Source: Basidiobolus meristosporus CBS 931.73
Lineage: Eukaryota > Fungi > Basidiobolomycota
DNA length: 47,092 nt
Direction of reading: 5' to 3'
Assembly (NCBI GenBank): GCA_002104905.1
Contig: MCFE01000676.1
Location: 1-47,092 of the forward strand
Part shown: positions 1 through 12,160 of the stretch, one piece after another
How positions within the stretch are numbered: position 1 is the stretch's first letter
Layout of the letters: every line of letters starts with the position of its first letter
Position numbers and translations under genes: made by a program
Notes under the pieces: generated by a model
Databases searched by the model: none
The model's input: only the letters and a program-made list of their open reading frames with translations
Told to the model about the DNA's origin: nothing

Positions 1-150
1 AGATATAAGGCTGATGGTTCAATCAGAATATGTACAGCAAGACTTATATCCAAAGGATACTCTCAAGTAAAAGGACTGGACTAAACTGAGATCTTTGCAC
101 TGGTGCCTAGTATAATTACATCATACCAATATTGGTTACTGCATCCAACT
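1..150 (+). pseudogene. Ty1/copia reverse transcriptase fragment (degraded)
   Basis: Translates as RYKADGSIRICTARLISKGYSQVKGLD*TEIFALV, the copia RT motif K.K.DG.I.RYKARLVAKGY.Q..G.DY.ETFAPV; homologous to 7875-7980. Confidence 0.8.
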
Positions 151-473
151 TCCTATGGCAGTTATTGTGATGATCTCATCAAAAGGCCATCACAATTTCT
201 AAGTCCTGTGACTAAGAGGTATTGATTCCATCAGGACACTGTGCAAAGACTGTCAATAAATAAATGCACCCCAGATTTCACAAAAAACCTGGTCAAATAT
301 TTTTATCACAACAATACAAAAGTGGCTTTTGATTGGTTCTCTGCCAATTTGCTCACTTTCTGGTCCTGGGCACTCTATCACCTCCTACATTTGTGTGCAT
401 TGATTGGCTGTTGCCTCTTTCTCATACTTCCTGACTCAACAATTTCTTATACTTTTCATGCATACAAATTGAC

Positions 474-1820
474 TTATTTCCACTTAAACTTCAGTAGTAC
501 CTTTGCATTGATCTTGAAGAAGTGCTGTAACCTCTTGGTGTGCCTGTTAATGTTCCAAAATTCCACTGAAGGCATTGAGATAACCTTTTGAGTTCTTGAC
601 ATTGTTACTTTGTCTGTCAGTGGGATCTCCACTCTGTCAACAATGGAGGATGTGGAGGCTGTGGAGGCTGTGGTAGACAAATTGCCTTTTTCAGCAAACT
701 CATCTACCTTGCTGGAGTGAAGCTTAACTGGCTGTGCTTCCAGCTCTTGTGAAAACAGCTGTTTACTTGTTGGTAAATCTTCTTGGCTATGATGGGATCC
801 AGTCTGTTCCAGGCTTACAGCATCAATTGGCAAGAACTGCAGCTTTTTTCTCATGCTTCCATGTCTCCTGCTTGCATAGACTTTTTTTCCTTTACCTTTT
901 CCATTATCACTGCTAGGTCTTTCACTGCTACTTGTCTGAGTGCTTCTTGTATTGAGCTACATTGTCACCTTGATAGATGCTGCTCTGGTGCATCTGTTTT
1001 GGCCTGCTTGTCCCTTGCTAGCACTCTGCAGGCAACCTGACACTTCTTTTCCACTTATTTTGACCTCTCAGCCCATGCTGTCATGGGCTCCTAAGGTAGC
1101 TGCTTCTTTTTATCACTGCCAGTGTCATGATCACATGACAACCATGAACACCCATGCCAAGTTTCAGCTTCCTAGCTCAATTTCTAAGAGATTCCTTCAG
1201 GAACCTTCTACCACCTTCCAGAAAGTTCCTGACCATTCCAAACCATTGTTACACAGTGGAACATTCCATGGAAGCTTCCCATTGTATTTTCATAGTCCAG
1301 TACCATATATGGAAATACCAGGTCACATGAATAAGTTGCATGATCAGGTGACTCAATCCATTTCCCCATCCTGTCTCAGTGCCTTGCCTTCTATATTGTT
1401 ATCCCCAGCACTGCTGCTGTGCCTCACCCCACAACCCCATTAGTATTAGCTAATATCTCTTGGCATCAGTATAGCCAAAAAGTATATATAGTCCTATCCC
1501 CCCTTAAGTATTCCTCAGTCTGATAAACACAGGTCTTGAATAAACAGCCTTGCCTTGGAAATCCGCCTTGCCTTGTTGATCCACACCTAAGTCCTTTCTT
1601 GGTCCTGCCTTGCCTAGCCCTACTCTCCTGCCTTGTGTCTATTCATAACAGCCAGGGCCTTTGCTGCTACTTTGGCTGAATGCTTCTTGAGTAGAACTAC
1701 ACTTTTTCCTTGATAAATGTTATGCTGGTGCATCTGTGTCTGCCTGCTTTTCCCTTATGGCACTCTTCCAGCTGCCTGATATCTCTTTGACACTTGTATG
1801 GAGCTTTTAGCCCTGCTTGT
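474..1820 (-). pseudogene. 3' half of transposon ORF2 (frameshifted, interrupted by a solo LTR, internal deletion near the C-terminus)
   Basis: ORF 474-854 matches ORFs 20809-21282 and 21295-21675 (LQFLPI..S.EQT.SHHSQE.LPT, MPSVEFWNINRHTKRLQHFFK, LKF.WK). Confidence 0.8.
1123..1650. mobile_element. Solo LTR, 528 bp, of a family not otherwise seen in the window
   Basis: Termini TGTCATGA...TCATAACA; perfect 5-bp TSD GCCAG (1118-1122 and 1651-1655); absent from the homologous site in copy II (about 20730); TATATATA near 1483 and AATAAA near 1539. Confidence 0.9.
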
Positions 1821-2168
1821 TGTTGTGAGAGTCTTGGAGATAGTGAAAGTGATTTGGGAGGACAAATAGACTTTGTGGTTTTCATTTATTGATATATTAA
1901 ATGTGAAATTAGTATTTATACATTTACATGATCTTGGCTCACCAGATATGCTAAATGGGTTTAGGAAGGTGTTTAGAACATGTGTGCAAGCTTTGGAGCT
2001 GTTTAGACAACTTTGGGAATTTTCATGTTCTGGATAACTGACATTTTGATGAAAATATTTTGCGTAAATCACAACAAGGAATTTGGTCAGTATTTTCTAA
2101 GATTTGAAGGTACAGATCTAAGTGACCATGTCAGGTGAATATTTAGGTGAAATTTCAAATTTACAACA
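1821..2168 (-). repeat. Copia-1 element 1 3' LTR (diverged variant)
   Basis: TGTTG...CAACA; homologous to 5926-6273, 9295-9643 (reverse complement) and 17070-17417; degenerate PPT adjacent at 2169-2180. Confidence 0.9.
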
Positions 2169-2196
2169 CTCTTACTCAGCTAAATATCAATACTGA

Positions 2197-5100
2197 CTAG
2201 TCCAAATTTTGACCTAAGGTATTTGAACTTGTCTCTAGCTAATGGTTTGGTAGTTATGTCTGCAATCATTTCATCCAAAGGACAGTAAACTAAGCTAACT
2301 AAGCTATTCACTATAGCCTCATGTACAAAGTGATGTCTAATATCTATGTGCTTTGCTCTAGCATCAAAAGTTGGATTTTGTCCCCAACCAGCATCAGACT
2401 ATCCCACAAGATCCTGTTCTGAGTCCTCATCAGTGTATCATAACTAGATATCAGCAGTTCCCTTTAGGTATCTAGAAATCTACTTGACTGCTGCAATATG
2501 ATCAGGTCCATAGTTCTGATTATGCTGGCTGACAACTCTCATTGAATACAAGATATCTGGACATGTTCCAAGCATGATATACATCAGACTTCCAGCTATA
2601 TACATCCAACTGACAGCCATAGAGTGATAAGGAAAGTCAGGGCTTTCAGATGGCACCAAGCTCTCTTGATTTGGTTGAGTTTTGACCAAGTTGAGGTTTG
2701 TCTCCATTTGGGTAGCTGCTGGTTTACAGTCTTCCATTTGGTACTTCTTTAATGTATCTTGAATATACTTGGATTGGCTTAGGGTGATAGTTTGGGTACT
2801 TCTGTCTATGGAGAACTTAATCCCTAAGTAGTAACTGAGCTCTCCTATATTGGACATCTTGAACTCCTTAGATAGGCAGGATTTAGTCTCTTCCAATGTT
2901 TCTAGGTTATTGGTGGCTATAATAAAATCATCCACATATAGAGCTAATGGAACTGGATTTGCTCTATCTGGCTTATAGTATATACAATAGTCAGCATTAC
3001 TTCTTCTGAAACTCAAAGATTCCAGATAAGAATCTATCTTGCAATTCCAGGCTCTTGGTGATTGTTTGAGACCATATAGTAACTTTTTCAGCTTGCAGAC
3101 CAAATGGGGGTTATCTTGGTCAGCAAATCCATCAGGCTGGTCCATATTCATGTCCTCATCAAGTTTTCCATTCAAAAATGCAGTTTTACATCCATTTGAT
3201 GAATAAAAAACTTATATTTGGCTGCAATAGCCAATATTAATCTGGTGGAATTAAACTTGGCCACAGGTGCAAAGGTCTCAGTATAGTCAAGTCATTTTGT
3301 TTGAGAGTATCCTTTGGTTACAAGTCTTGCTTTGTATCTTTCAATTATACCATCAGGCTTGTATTTTGTCTTGAAGTCCCATCTGCATCCAATTGATTGG
3401 TGGTTGATTGGTAATTTGACTAAGTCCCAAGTTTGATTTTCCATTAGGGCCTGATATTCCTCAGTCATTGCAGATCTCCAAAACTTAGTCTGAGGGCTAT
3501 TTAGAGCCTCTTTTACAGTCTGGGGCTCATTAATATGGAGTGAAAAGGTATAGGCTGAGTTTGAACCCTCATTGATATGTAATTTGGGCTATTTCTTGTC
3601 TGATTGGATCTCCAGGCATTTGATACTGGAATGATCACTTCTGGGATATTCCTGGGCCCTGATTCTGGCTGAACCATGGTTGTAGAGTCCTCTGGAGTGA
3701 CAAAATTCTCATCGTTTTGCTCTGATTCAATCCTGACAATTGGTGGACTGAGATCAAATTTATGTCATCATCTAATGTCATTTTTGTGAAAATTTTGAAT
3801 ATTAATCAAACAGCACATCCCTGGACTTGATCAGCTTCTTTGCTTTGGTATTGTAGAGTCTGTATGCCTTACTCTCATTGGAGTAGCCCAAAAATATGCA
3901 TTTACACTTTTTGGCTTGAATATTGAATGATTTCCAGCCAGTTTTTTGGCATATGCTGTACACCCAAATATTCTTAGATGTTCTGCACTTGGTCTGTATC
4001 CATACCATGCTTCAAATGGAGTAGATTCATGAAGTATTCTGTTATAACTCCTATTTTTAAGGTATACAGCAGTGGCAACTGATTCTGCCCAAAAATCATA
4101 GGATAATTTTTGATCATGGATCATAGATCTTGCCATATCAATTATTGATCTATTAGCACGTTCTGCTACTCCATTTTGCTGTGGGGAGTATGGTACACTG
4201 GTCTCTAGCTTTATCCCATGAATTTTGCAGAAGTAGATGAAGAGTTTTGAGGTATATTCTCCACCATTGACAGAGCATATTCTCTTGATTTTTTCACCAG
4301 TTTCTCTCTCCACCATGCCTCTGAACTCCCTGAGCTTAAACAGAGCTTTTTCCTTTCTCACCATGAAATAGACTCATGTGTATCTTGTATAATCATCAAC
4401 CAAAGTGATTAAATACTTCATCCCACCTAAGGATAAATTTTGCATGGGTCCACACAGATCTGAGTGAATTAGATCTAATTTTTTCTTAGTTTTGTTTAAC
4501 CCAGAGCTCTTGAACAATTGTCTGGCTTGTTTCCCATATATGGTGGCTTCACAGTGCTCCAAATTAGCTAGGGGATCAATATTTACTCCAGAAATAAGCT
4601 GATCTTTGATCATTTTGCACAAATAATCAAAATTGATGTGCCCAAATCTCCTGTGCAAAGCATTGGTGTTTCTTCATTTAAGTTACTTATATTGGCTTTC
4701 AAATATGATGGAATACAAGTCAACTTGTATAGATTCTGATCTCTGATACCCAAAGCAATATGGGCACCATTTTGATCAGTGATCCTGCATCCAGAATTGT
4801 CAAAGCTGAAACTAAGTCCATTGGCTGTGGCCTTGCTTACAGAGAGTAGGTTCTTGGCTACTTCTGGTACATAGGGCACTTCTTTAAAGGTCAGTGTATG
4901 GCTTCCTTCACTGCCTTTAAGGTTTACTTGGATATTTCCTTCTCCCACTGCATTAAGTGTTCTATTGTCACCCATGAAAACCTTCTTAATTGGAGTTTCT
5001 TGATATTGGGTAAAAAGTTCTTTTTGGTGTGTAAAGTGTTGAGATGCTCCAGAGTCAATATACCACATCTGAGAATCCTTGTTTGTGGTCATACTTAGTG

Positions 5101-5894
5101 CAGATATGAATAGTCTATCTTCAGTTGTTGCACCATTTCCATATTCAGGCTTCTTTTGCTGATAATCTCTCTTTTTGAGACACCGGTCTGATGTGTGTCC
5201 TTTCCTTTGGCAGTAGCAACAAAACCAGTTGCTGTTGCCTTTGTAGGGTCTTGGATACCTCCTTTGTTGGTTATCATTGCTTATTAAAGCATTTTCTTCT
5301 TCCTTCTTATTGGCGCTTGATTTTCTTAAATCTTCATCCAGGAGCCTTCCATATACTTAATTTAAGGTCAAGTCTTCAGTTCTGGACTCTAGGGCTGATA
5401 CAAGGCCCTGAAACATGACTGTCAGGCTATTCAGGATGGTAACTATCACATCCTCATCAGTAGTTGGTAGGCCCACAGATTCCATCTCATCTACCAGCAG
5501 GGTAATTCTGTTAATTAGATTTTTCATTTCTTCTCCTGGCAGCATCTTTGTAGTAAAGAATTTTGTCTCAGATACATTTTTTTAGCAGCTGAACATGACT
5601 GGTAGGCGTCTTCTAATGCCTTCCAGGCATTCTTTGCTGTTTTTGCTCTTGAGCATTGAATTAGCAATTTGTCCTTAACATTAAGACAAATGCAGTGTAA
5701 GGCATTTGGTTCTTTCTTCTGGTACGTCAAGGCTTCCTCTCCCATGTTTTTAGGAGGGCATTCTTCTCCCATGACAATATCCAAAGGCCTCTTTCTTGTA
5801 GCAGCATCTTCATCTTCACCTTCCACACTTGGTAGTTAGATCCATCCAACTGTTCAGCAGAGGGAAAAAATCCAGTAATAGCAGTAATAGACAT
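2197..5894 (-). pseudogene. Copia gag-pol polyprotein pseudogene
   Basis: Fragments show UBN2-type gag (LDGSNYQVWKVKMKMLL), protease WYIDSGASQH, GAG-pre-integrase HRRFGH, integrase (HSDLCGP, NGGEY, NGVAER) and RT ([16 protein letters not shown]). There are many stops and frameshifts, and the RNase H core is deleted. Confidence 0.92.
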
Positions 5895-5912
5895 TGCAGA
5901 CAGTGACAGCTT

Positions 5913-5925
5913 GGGGCTCATAACC
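5913..5925 (-). other. Primer-binding site GGTTATGAGCCCC (tRNA-iMet anticodon-arm type)
   Basis: Abuts the 5' LTR with no spacer; complementary to the initiator-tRNA anticodon arm GGGCUCAUAACC, as in Ty5 and Drosophila copia. Confidence 0.88.
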
Positions 5926-6273
5926 TGTTGTAAGAGTCTTGGAGATATTGGAAGTGATTGGGAGGACAAGTAGATTATGAGGTTTTCACTTAATGATTTA
6001 TTGAATGTAAAAGTAGTATTTGTACTTTTATTGGGTCTTGGCATTGCAAGCACGTAGAATAGGTTAAGGAAGGTCCCAAGAACATGTGTGCAAAGTTTGG
6101 GCTGTTTGGACAACTTTGAGAATTTTCATGTTCTGGGTACCTGGTATTTTGGTCAAAATATTCTAAGTAAATACCAGCAAGGAATTTGGTCAGTATTCTC
6201 TAGGATTTGAAGGTAATGATCTAAGTGACTAAGCTAGGTGAATATTTAGGTGCAAATACAAATTTTTATAACT
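5926..6273 (-). repeat. Copia-1 element 1 5' LTR
   Basis: TGTTG start, 348 bp, homologous to the other copia-1 LTRs; the outer terminal CA has decayed to CT. Confidence 0.88.
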
Positions 6274-9200
6274 GATAGAACACTTGATGCAGTGGGAGAA
6301 GGAACTATCCAAGTAAACCTAAGAGCAGTGAGGGAAGCCATACACTGACCTTTAAAGAAGTACTCTATGTACCACAAATAGCCAAGAACCTACTATCTGT
6401 AAGCAAGGCCACTGCAGAAGGACTTAGTGTCAGCTTTGACAATTCTGAATGCAAGATCACTGATCAAAATGGTGCCCATATTGCTTTGGGTATCAGAGAT
6501 CAGAATCTATACAAGTTGACTTGTATTCCATCATATTTGGAAGCCAATATAAGTAACTCAAATGAAGAAACACCAAAGCTTTGCACAGGAGATTTGGGCA
6601 CATCAATTTTGATTATTTGTGCAAAATGATCAAAGATCAGCTAATTTCTGGAGTAAAAATTGATCCCCCAGCTAATTTGGAGCACTGTGAAGCCTGCATA
6701 TATGGGAACCAAGCCAGACAGCCATTCAAGAGCTCTGGGTTGAGAAAAACCAAGAAAAAATTAGATCTATTTCACTTAGATCTGTGTGGACCTATACAAA
6801 ATTTATCCTAAGGTGGGATGAAGTATTTAGTCATGTTTAATGGTGATTATACACATTACATATGAGTCTACTTCTTGGAGAGAAAGGCAGAAACTCAGTC
6901 TAAGTTTGGGGAGTTCAAAGGCATGGTGGAGAGAGAAACTGGTGAAAAAATCAAGAAAATATGCTCTGACAATGGTGGAGAATATACCTCAAAACTCTTC
7001 ATTCACTTCTGCAAAATTCATGGGATAAAGTAAGAGACTCCTGTACCATACTCCCCACAGCAAAATAGAGTAGCAGAACATGTTAACAGATCAATAATTG
7101 ATATGGCAAGATCTATGATCCATGACCAATAATTATCCTATGATTTTTGGACAGAATCAGTTGCCACTGCTGTATATCTTAAGAGTAGGAGTTTTAACAG
7201 AATACTTTGTGACTCTACTCCATTTGAAGCATGGTATGGATACAGACCAAGTGCAGAACATCTAAGAATATTTGGGTGTACAGCATATGCCAAGAAACTG
7301 CCTGGAAATCAATCAAAATTTTAGCCAAAAAGTATAAAATGCATATTTTTGGGCTACTGCAATGAGAATAAAGCATACAGACTCTGCAATACCAAAGCAA
7401 AGAAGCTGATCAAGTCCAGGGATGTGCTGTTTGATGAAGAATCAAAATTTTCATAAAAAATGACATCAGATGATGTCAAAAATCTGATCTCAAATCCACC
7501 AATTGTCAGGATTGAATTAGAGCAAAATAATGAAAATATTTTCACTCCTGAGGACTCTACAACCATGGTGCAGCCAGAATCAGTGCCCAGGAATATCCCA
7601 GAAGTGATCATTGCAGTATCAAATGCCCAGAAATCCAATCAGACAGGAAATAGCCCAAATTACATATCAATGAGGGTTCAAACTCAGCCTATACCTTTTC
7701 ACTCCATATTAATGAGCCCCAGACTGTAAAAGAGGCCCAAAATAGCCCTCAGACAAAGTTTTGGAGATCTGCAATGACTGAGGAATATCAGGCCCTAATG
7801 GAAAATCAAACTTGGACTTAGTCAAATTACCAATCAACCACCAATCAATTGGATGCAGATGGGTCTTCAAGACAAAATACAAGGCTGATGGTACAATTGA
7901 AGGATACAAAGCAAGACTTGTAGCCAAAGTATACTCACAAACAAAAGGACTTGGCTATACTAACACCTTTGCACTGGTAGCCAAGTTTAATTCCATCAGA
8001 TCAATATTGGCTATTGCAGCCAAGTATAGGATTTTTATTCATCAAATGGATGTAAAAACTGCATTTTTGAATGGAGAACTTGATGAGGACATGAATATGG
8101 ACCAGCCTGATGGGTTTGTTGACCAAGATAGCCCACATTTGGTCTGCAAGCTTAAAAGTCACTATATGGTCTCAAACAATCACCAAGAGCCTGGAATTGT
8201 AAGATAGATTCTTATTTGGAATCTTTGAGTTTCCAAAGGAGTAATGCTGACTATTGTATATACTATAAGCCAGATAGAGCAAATCCAGTTCCATTAGCTC
8301 TATAGGTGGATGATCTTATTATAGCCACCAATAACCTAGAAATATTGGAAGAGTCTAAATCCAGCCTATCTAAGGAGTTCAAGATGTCCAATATAGGAGA
8401 GCTCAGTTACTACTTAGGGATTAAGTTCTCCATAGACAGAAGTACCCAGCCTATCACCCTTAGCCAATCCAAGTATATTTAAGATATACTAAAGAAGTAC
8501 CAAATGGAAGACTGTACACTGGCAGCTACCCTAATGGAAACAAACCTTAACTTGGTTAAATCTCAACCAAATCAAGAGAGCTTGGTGCCATCTGAAAGCC
8601 CTGACTTTCCTTATCAAGCTATGCTTGGCAGTCTGATGTATATCATACTTGGAGCACATCCAGATATCTTGTATTCAGTGGGAGTTGTCAGCCAACATAA
8701 TCAGAACTATGGATCTGATCATATTGCAGCAGTTAAGTGGATTTTTAGATATCTAAAAGGAACTGTTGATATCTGCTTAAGATACACTTATAAGGATTCA
8801 GAACAGGGTCTTGTGGGATACTCTGATGCTGATTGGGGACAAAATTTTGAAGACAGAAGATCCACCACAGGATACACCTTTCTTTACTGTAAAGGAGCAA
8901 TTTCATGGAATTCAAGAAAGCAACCAACCATAGTACTTTCTACCACAGAGGCAGAGTACATGGCAGCCTGTGAAGCTACAAAAGAAGCAATGTGGTTAAG
9001 AAAGCTTTTTACAGACTTAGGCCTATGTCAAAAAACACTTATTACTTTATTTCAAGATAATCAAGGATATATACAATTAGGTAGAAATCCAACTTTTCAT
9101 GCTAGAACCAAGCACATGGATGTTAGACATCATATCATATATGAAGCTATAGAGAATAGCTTAGTTAGCTTAGTTTACTATCCTACAGATGAAATGATTG

Positions 9201-9643
9201 CAGATATATGTGCCAAACCATTAGCTAGAGACAAGTTTGAATATCTTAGGTCAAAGTGAGGACTAGTCAGTATGAACATTTAGCTGAGTGGGAGTGTTGT
9301 AAAAGCTTGTAATTCCACCTAAATATTCACCTAAATTAGTCACTTAGATCATTACCTTTAAATCCTAGAGAATACTGACCAAATTCCTTGTCAGGATTTA
9401 CTTAGAATAATTTCACCAAAATACCAGGTACCTGGAACATGAAAATTCTCAAAATTGTCCAAACAGCCCCAAACTTTGCACACATGTTCTTGGGACCTTC
9501 CTTAACCTATTCTAAGTGTTTGTTACGCCAAGACCATGTAAAAGTATAAATACTACTTTTACATTCAATAAATCATTAAGTGAAAACCACAAAATCCACT
9601 TGCTCTCCCAATCACTTCCAGTATCTCCAAGACTCTTGCAACA
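6274..9643 (+). mobile_element. Ty1/copia family 1, element 2 (5'-truncated; PR end-IN-RT-RH-3' LTR)
   Basis: Begins mid-protease (DRTLDAVGEGTIQV). ORFs 6581, 7812 and 8504-9259 carry IN/RT/RNase H motifs (GYSDADWG, STTEAEY, KHMDVRHH). PPT GAGTGGGAG at 9286-9294 precedes the LTR. Confidence 0.9.
9295..9643 (+). repeat. Copia-1 element 2 3' LTR
   Basis: TGTTG...CAACA, 349 bp, preceded by the PPT; TATAAA at 9545-9550 and AATAAA at 9567-9572. Confidence 0.9.
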
Positions 9644-12160
9644 GAATTATCACCAAGTTAAGATGTGTCTCCATTGGGGTAGCTGCCATTTTACAGGACT
9701 CCATTTGGTACTTCTTCAGTATATCTTAAATATACTTGGATTGGCTAAGGGTAATAGTATGGGTACTTCTGTCTATGGAGGACTTTGATCTTAAGTAGTA
9801 ACTGAGTTCTCCTAGATTGTACATCTTGAACTTTGTAGATAGGCTGCATTTAGTCTCTTCCAATGTTTCTAGATTATTGGCAGCTATAATAAGAACATCC
9901 AAATATAGAGCTAATAGAGCTTGATTTGCTTATCTGGCTTATAGTATATACAATAGTCAGCATTACTCCTTTGGAAACTCAAAGATTCCAGATAAGAATC
10001 TATCTTGCAATTCCAGTCTCTTGGTGATTGTTTGAGACCATATAGAGATTTTTTAAGCTTGCAGACCAAATGGGAGTTATCTTGGTAAACAAACCCATCA
10101 GGCTGGCTCATATACATGTCTTCAGCAAGTTCGCAACTCAAAAATGCAGTTTTTATACACATTTGATGTATAAAAAACTTTTATTTGGCTGCAAAAGCCC
10201 ATAATAATCTGAAGGAATTAAACTTGGCTACCAATGCAAAGGTATTGGTACAGCCAAGTCCTTTTGTTTGGCAGTATCTTTTAGCCACCAGTCTTGCTCT
10301 ATATATTTAATTGTACTATCAGCCTTGCATTTTGTCTTGAAGACCCATCTGCATCCAGTTGATTTTTGGTTGATTGGGCATTTGACAAAGTCACAAGTTT
10401 GATTTTCCATCAGGGTCTGATATTCCTTAGTCATTGCAGCTCTTCAAGACTTTATCTGAGGGGTGTATGGGGCCACTTTCACAGTCTTTGGCTCATCCAT
10501 ATCAGCTATAAGCATTGGCTAAGTTTGTACCCTCAATGATATGGTAATTTGGGCAATTTCTTGTCCAGTTGGAATTCCTGGCAATTGATACTGGAGTGAT
10601 CACTTCTGAATATTCCTGGGCACCACTTCAGGCTGATCCACAGTTGTAGAGTTCTCCGGAGGGAAAAATATCTTGTATTGCTCTGATTCAATCTTGACAA
10701 TTGGTGGACTTGAGATCTGATTTTTGTCATTATCTGATGACATTTTTTGTGAAAGTTTTGAATTTTCATCAAGCAACATATCCCTGGACTTGATCAGCTT
10801 CTTTGCTTTGGTATTGTAGAGTCTGTATGCCTTACTCTCATTGTAGTAGCCTAAAAATATGCATTTTTGACTTTTTGGCTCAAATTTTGACTGATATCTG
10901 GGCAGTTTCTTGGCATATGCTACGCACCCAAATATTCTTAGATGTTCTGCAGCTGATTTGTGTCCATACTATGCTTCACATGGAATATAATTGCAAAGTA
11001 TTTTATAATAACTCCTATTTTTAAGTTATACAGCTGTGGCAACTTATTCTGTGTAAAAGTTATAGGATAATTTTTGATCATGGATTGTTGATCTTACCAT
11101 ATCTATTATTGATATATTTGCATGTTCTGCTATTCCATTTTGCTGCACAGTGTATGGTACAGCAGTGTCCTGCTTTATCCCATGAATTTTGCAGAAGTGG
11201 ATGATGAGTCTTGATGTATATTTTCCACTATTGTCAGAGCATGTTTTCTTGATTTTTTCACCAGTTTCACTCACCACCATGGCTTCAAGCTCCCTGAACT
11301 TAGACAGAGCTTCTTCCTTTCTCTCCATGTAGTAGACCCATGTGCATCTTATATAATCATAAATACAAGTAATTAATTACTTCATCTGGACTAAGATTAA
11401 ATTCTGCATTGGTCCATACAACTCTGGGTGAATCAGATACAGTTTTTTCTTAGTTTTGATTGACCCAGAGCTCTTGAACAGTTACCTGGCTTGCTTTCCT
11501 TATATGCAGGTTCCACAGAGCTCCAAGCTAGCTGGGAGATCAATTTTTACTCCAGAAATTAGCTGATGTTTGCTTGTTTTGCTCAAATAATTAAAATTGA
11601 TGTGTCCAAATCTCCTGTGCCAAAGCAGGGGTGTTTTGTCATTTAGCTTACCTATATTGGCTTCCAGATATGATGGAATATAAGCCAACCTGTATAGATT
11701 CAGATCTCTGATACCTAAAGCAATATGGGCACCATGTTGATCAGTGATCCTGCATCCAGAACTGCCAAAGTTGAGACTAAGTCCTTCTGCTGTAGCTTTG
11801 CTTACAGATAGTAGTTTCTTGGCTATTTCTGGTACATAGAGTACTTCTCTAGAGGCTAATGTAAGGCTTACTTCACTGCTTCTAAGGTTTACTTGGATAG
11901 TTCCTTCTCCCACTGCATCAAGTGTTTTATTGTTACCAATGAATACATTCCTAATTGGAATTTCTTGATCTTGGGCAAAAAGTATTTTTTGGTGTGTGTA
12001 AAGTAATGATATGCTCCAAAGTCAGTTTACCACATCTGAGAATCCTTGTTTGTGATCTTATTTGGTGCAGATATCAATAATCTATCTTCTATTGTTGCAG
12101 CATTTCCAGATTCAAACTACTTTTGCTGATTACATCTCACTATGAGAGCTGGTCTTATGC
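9644..12160 (-). pseudogene. Ty1/copia family 1, element 3 (internal fragment, gag end to mid-RT, both ends lost)
   Basis: ORFs 9911-10162 ([11 protein letters not shown]), 11044-11328 (QQNGIAE) and 11500-11913 (WHRRFGH) are collinear with element 1. Confidence 0.88.

Larger units (their letters stand above)
151..1820 (-). mobile_element. CMC/EnSpm-like DNA transposon, copy 0 (ORF2-side end, truncated by a copia LTR at 1821)
   Basis: Reverse complement aligns with about 20570-22006 of copy II once the 1123-1650 insertion is removed. It starts with the terminus remnant tCCTATGGCAGTTATTG at 151. Confidence 0.8.
1821..6273 (-). mobile_element. Ty1/copia family 1, element 1 (full span, degraded, probably chimeric)
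   Basis: Two 348-bp LTRs, PBS at 5913-5925, order gag-PR-IN-RT-RH on the minus strand; flanks CTTGT and GATAG do not form a TSD. Confidence 0.9.

Noticed and set aside
940-1443. 167-aa ORF
   Set aside because: It runs antisense to ORF2 and across the solo-LTR boundary at 1123, so it is a chance frame.
5913-5925. tRNA-Met gene
   Set aside because: Only 13 nt match the anticodon arm and it abuts an LTR; no cloverleaf, so it is a PBS.
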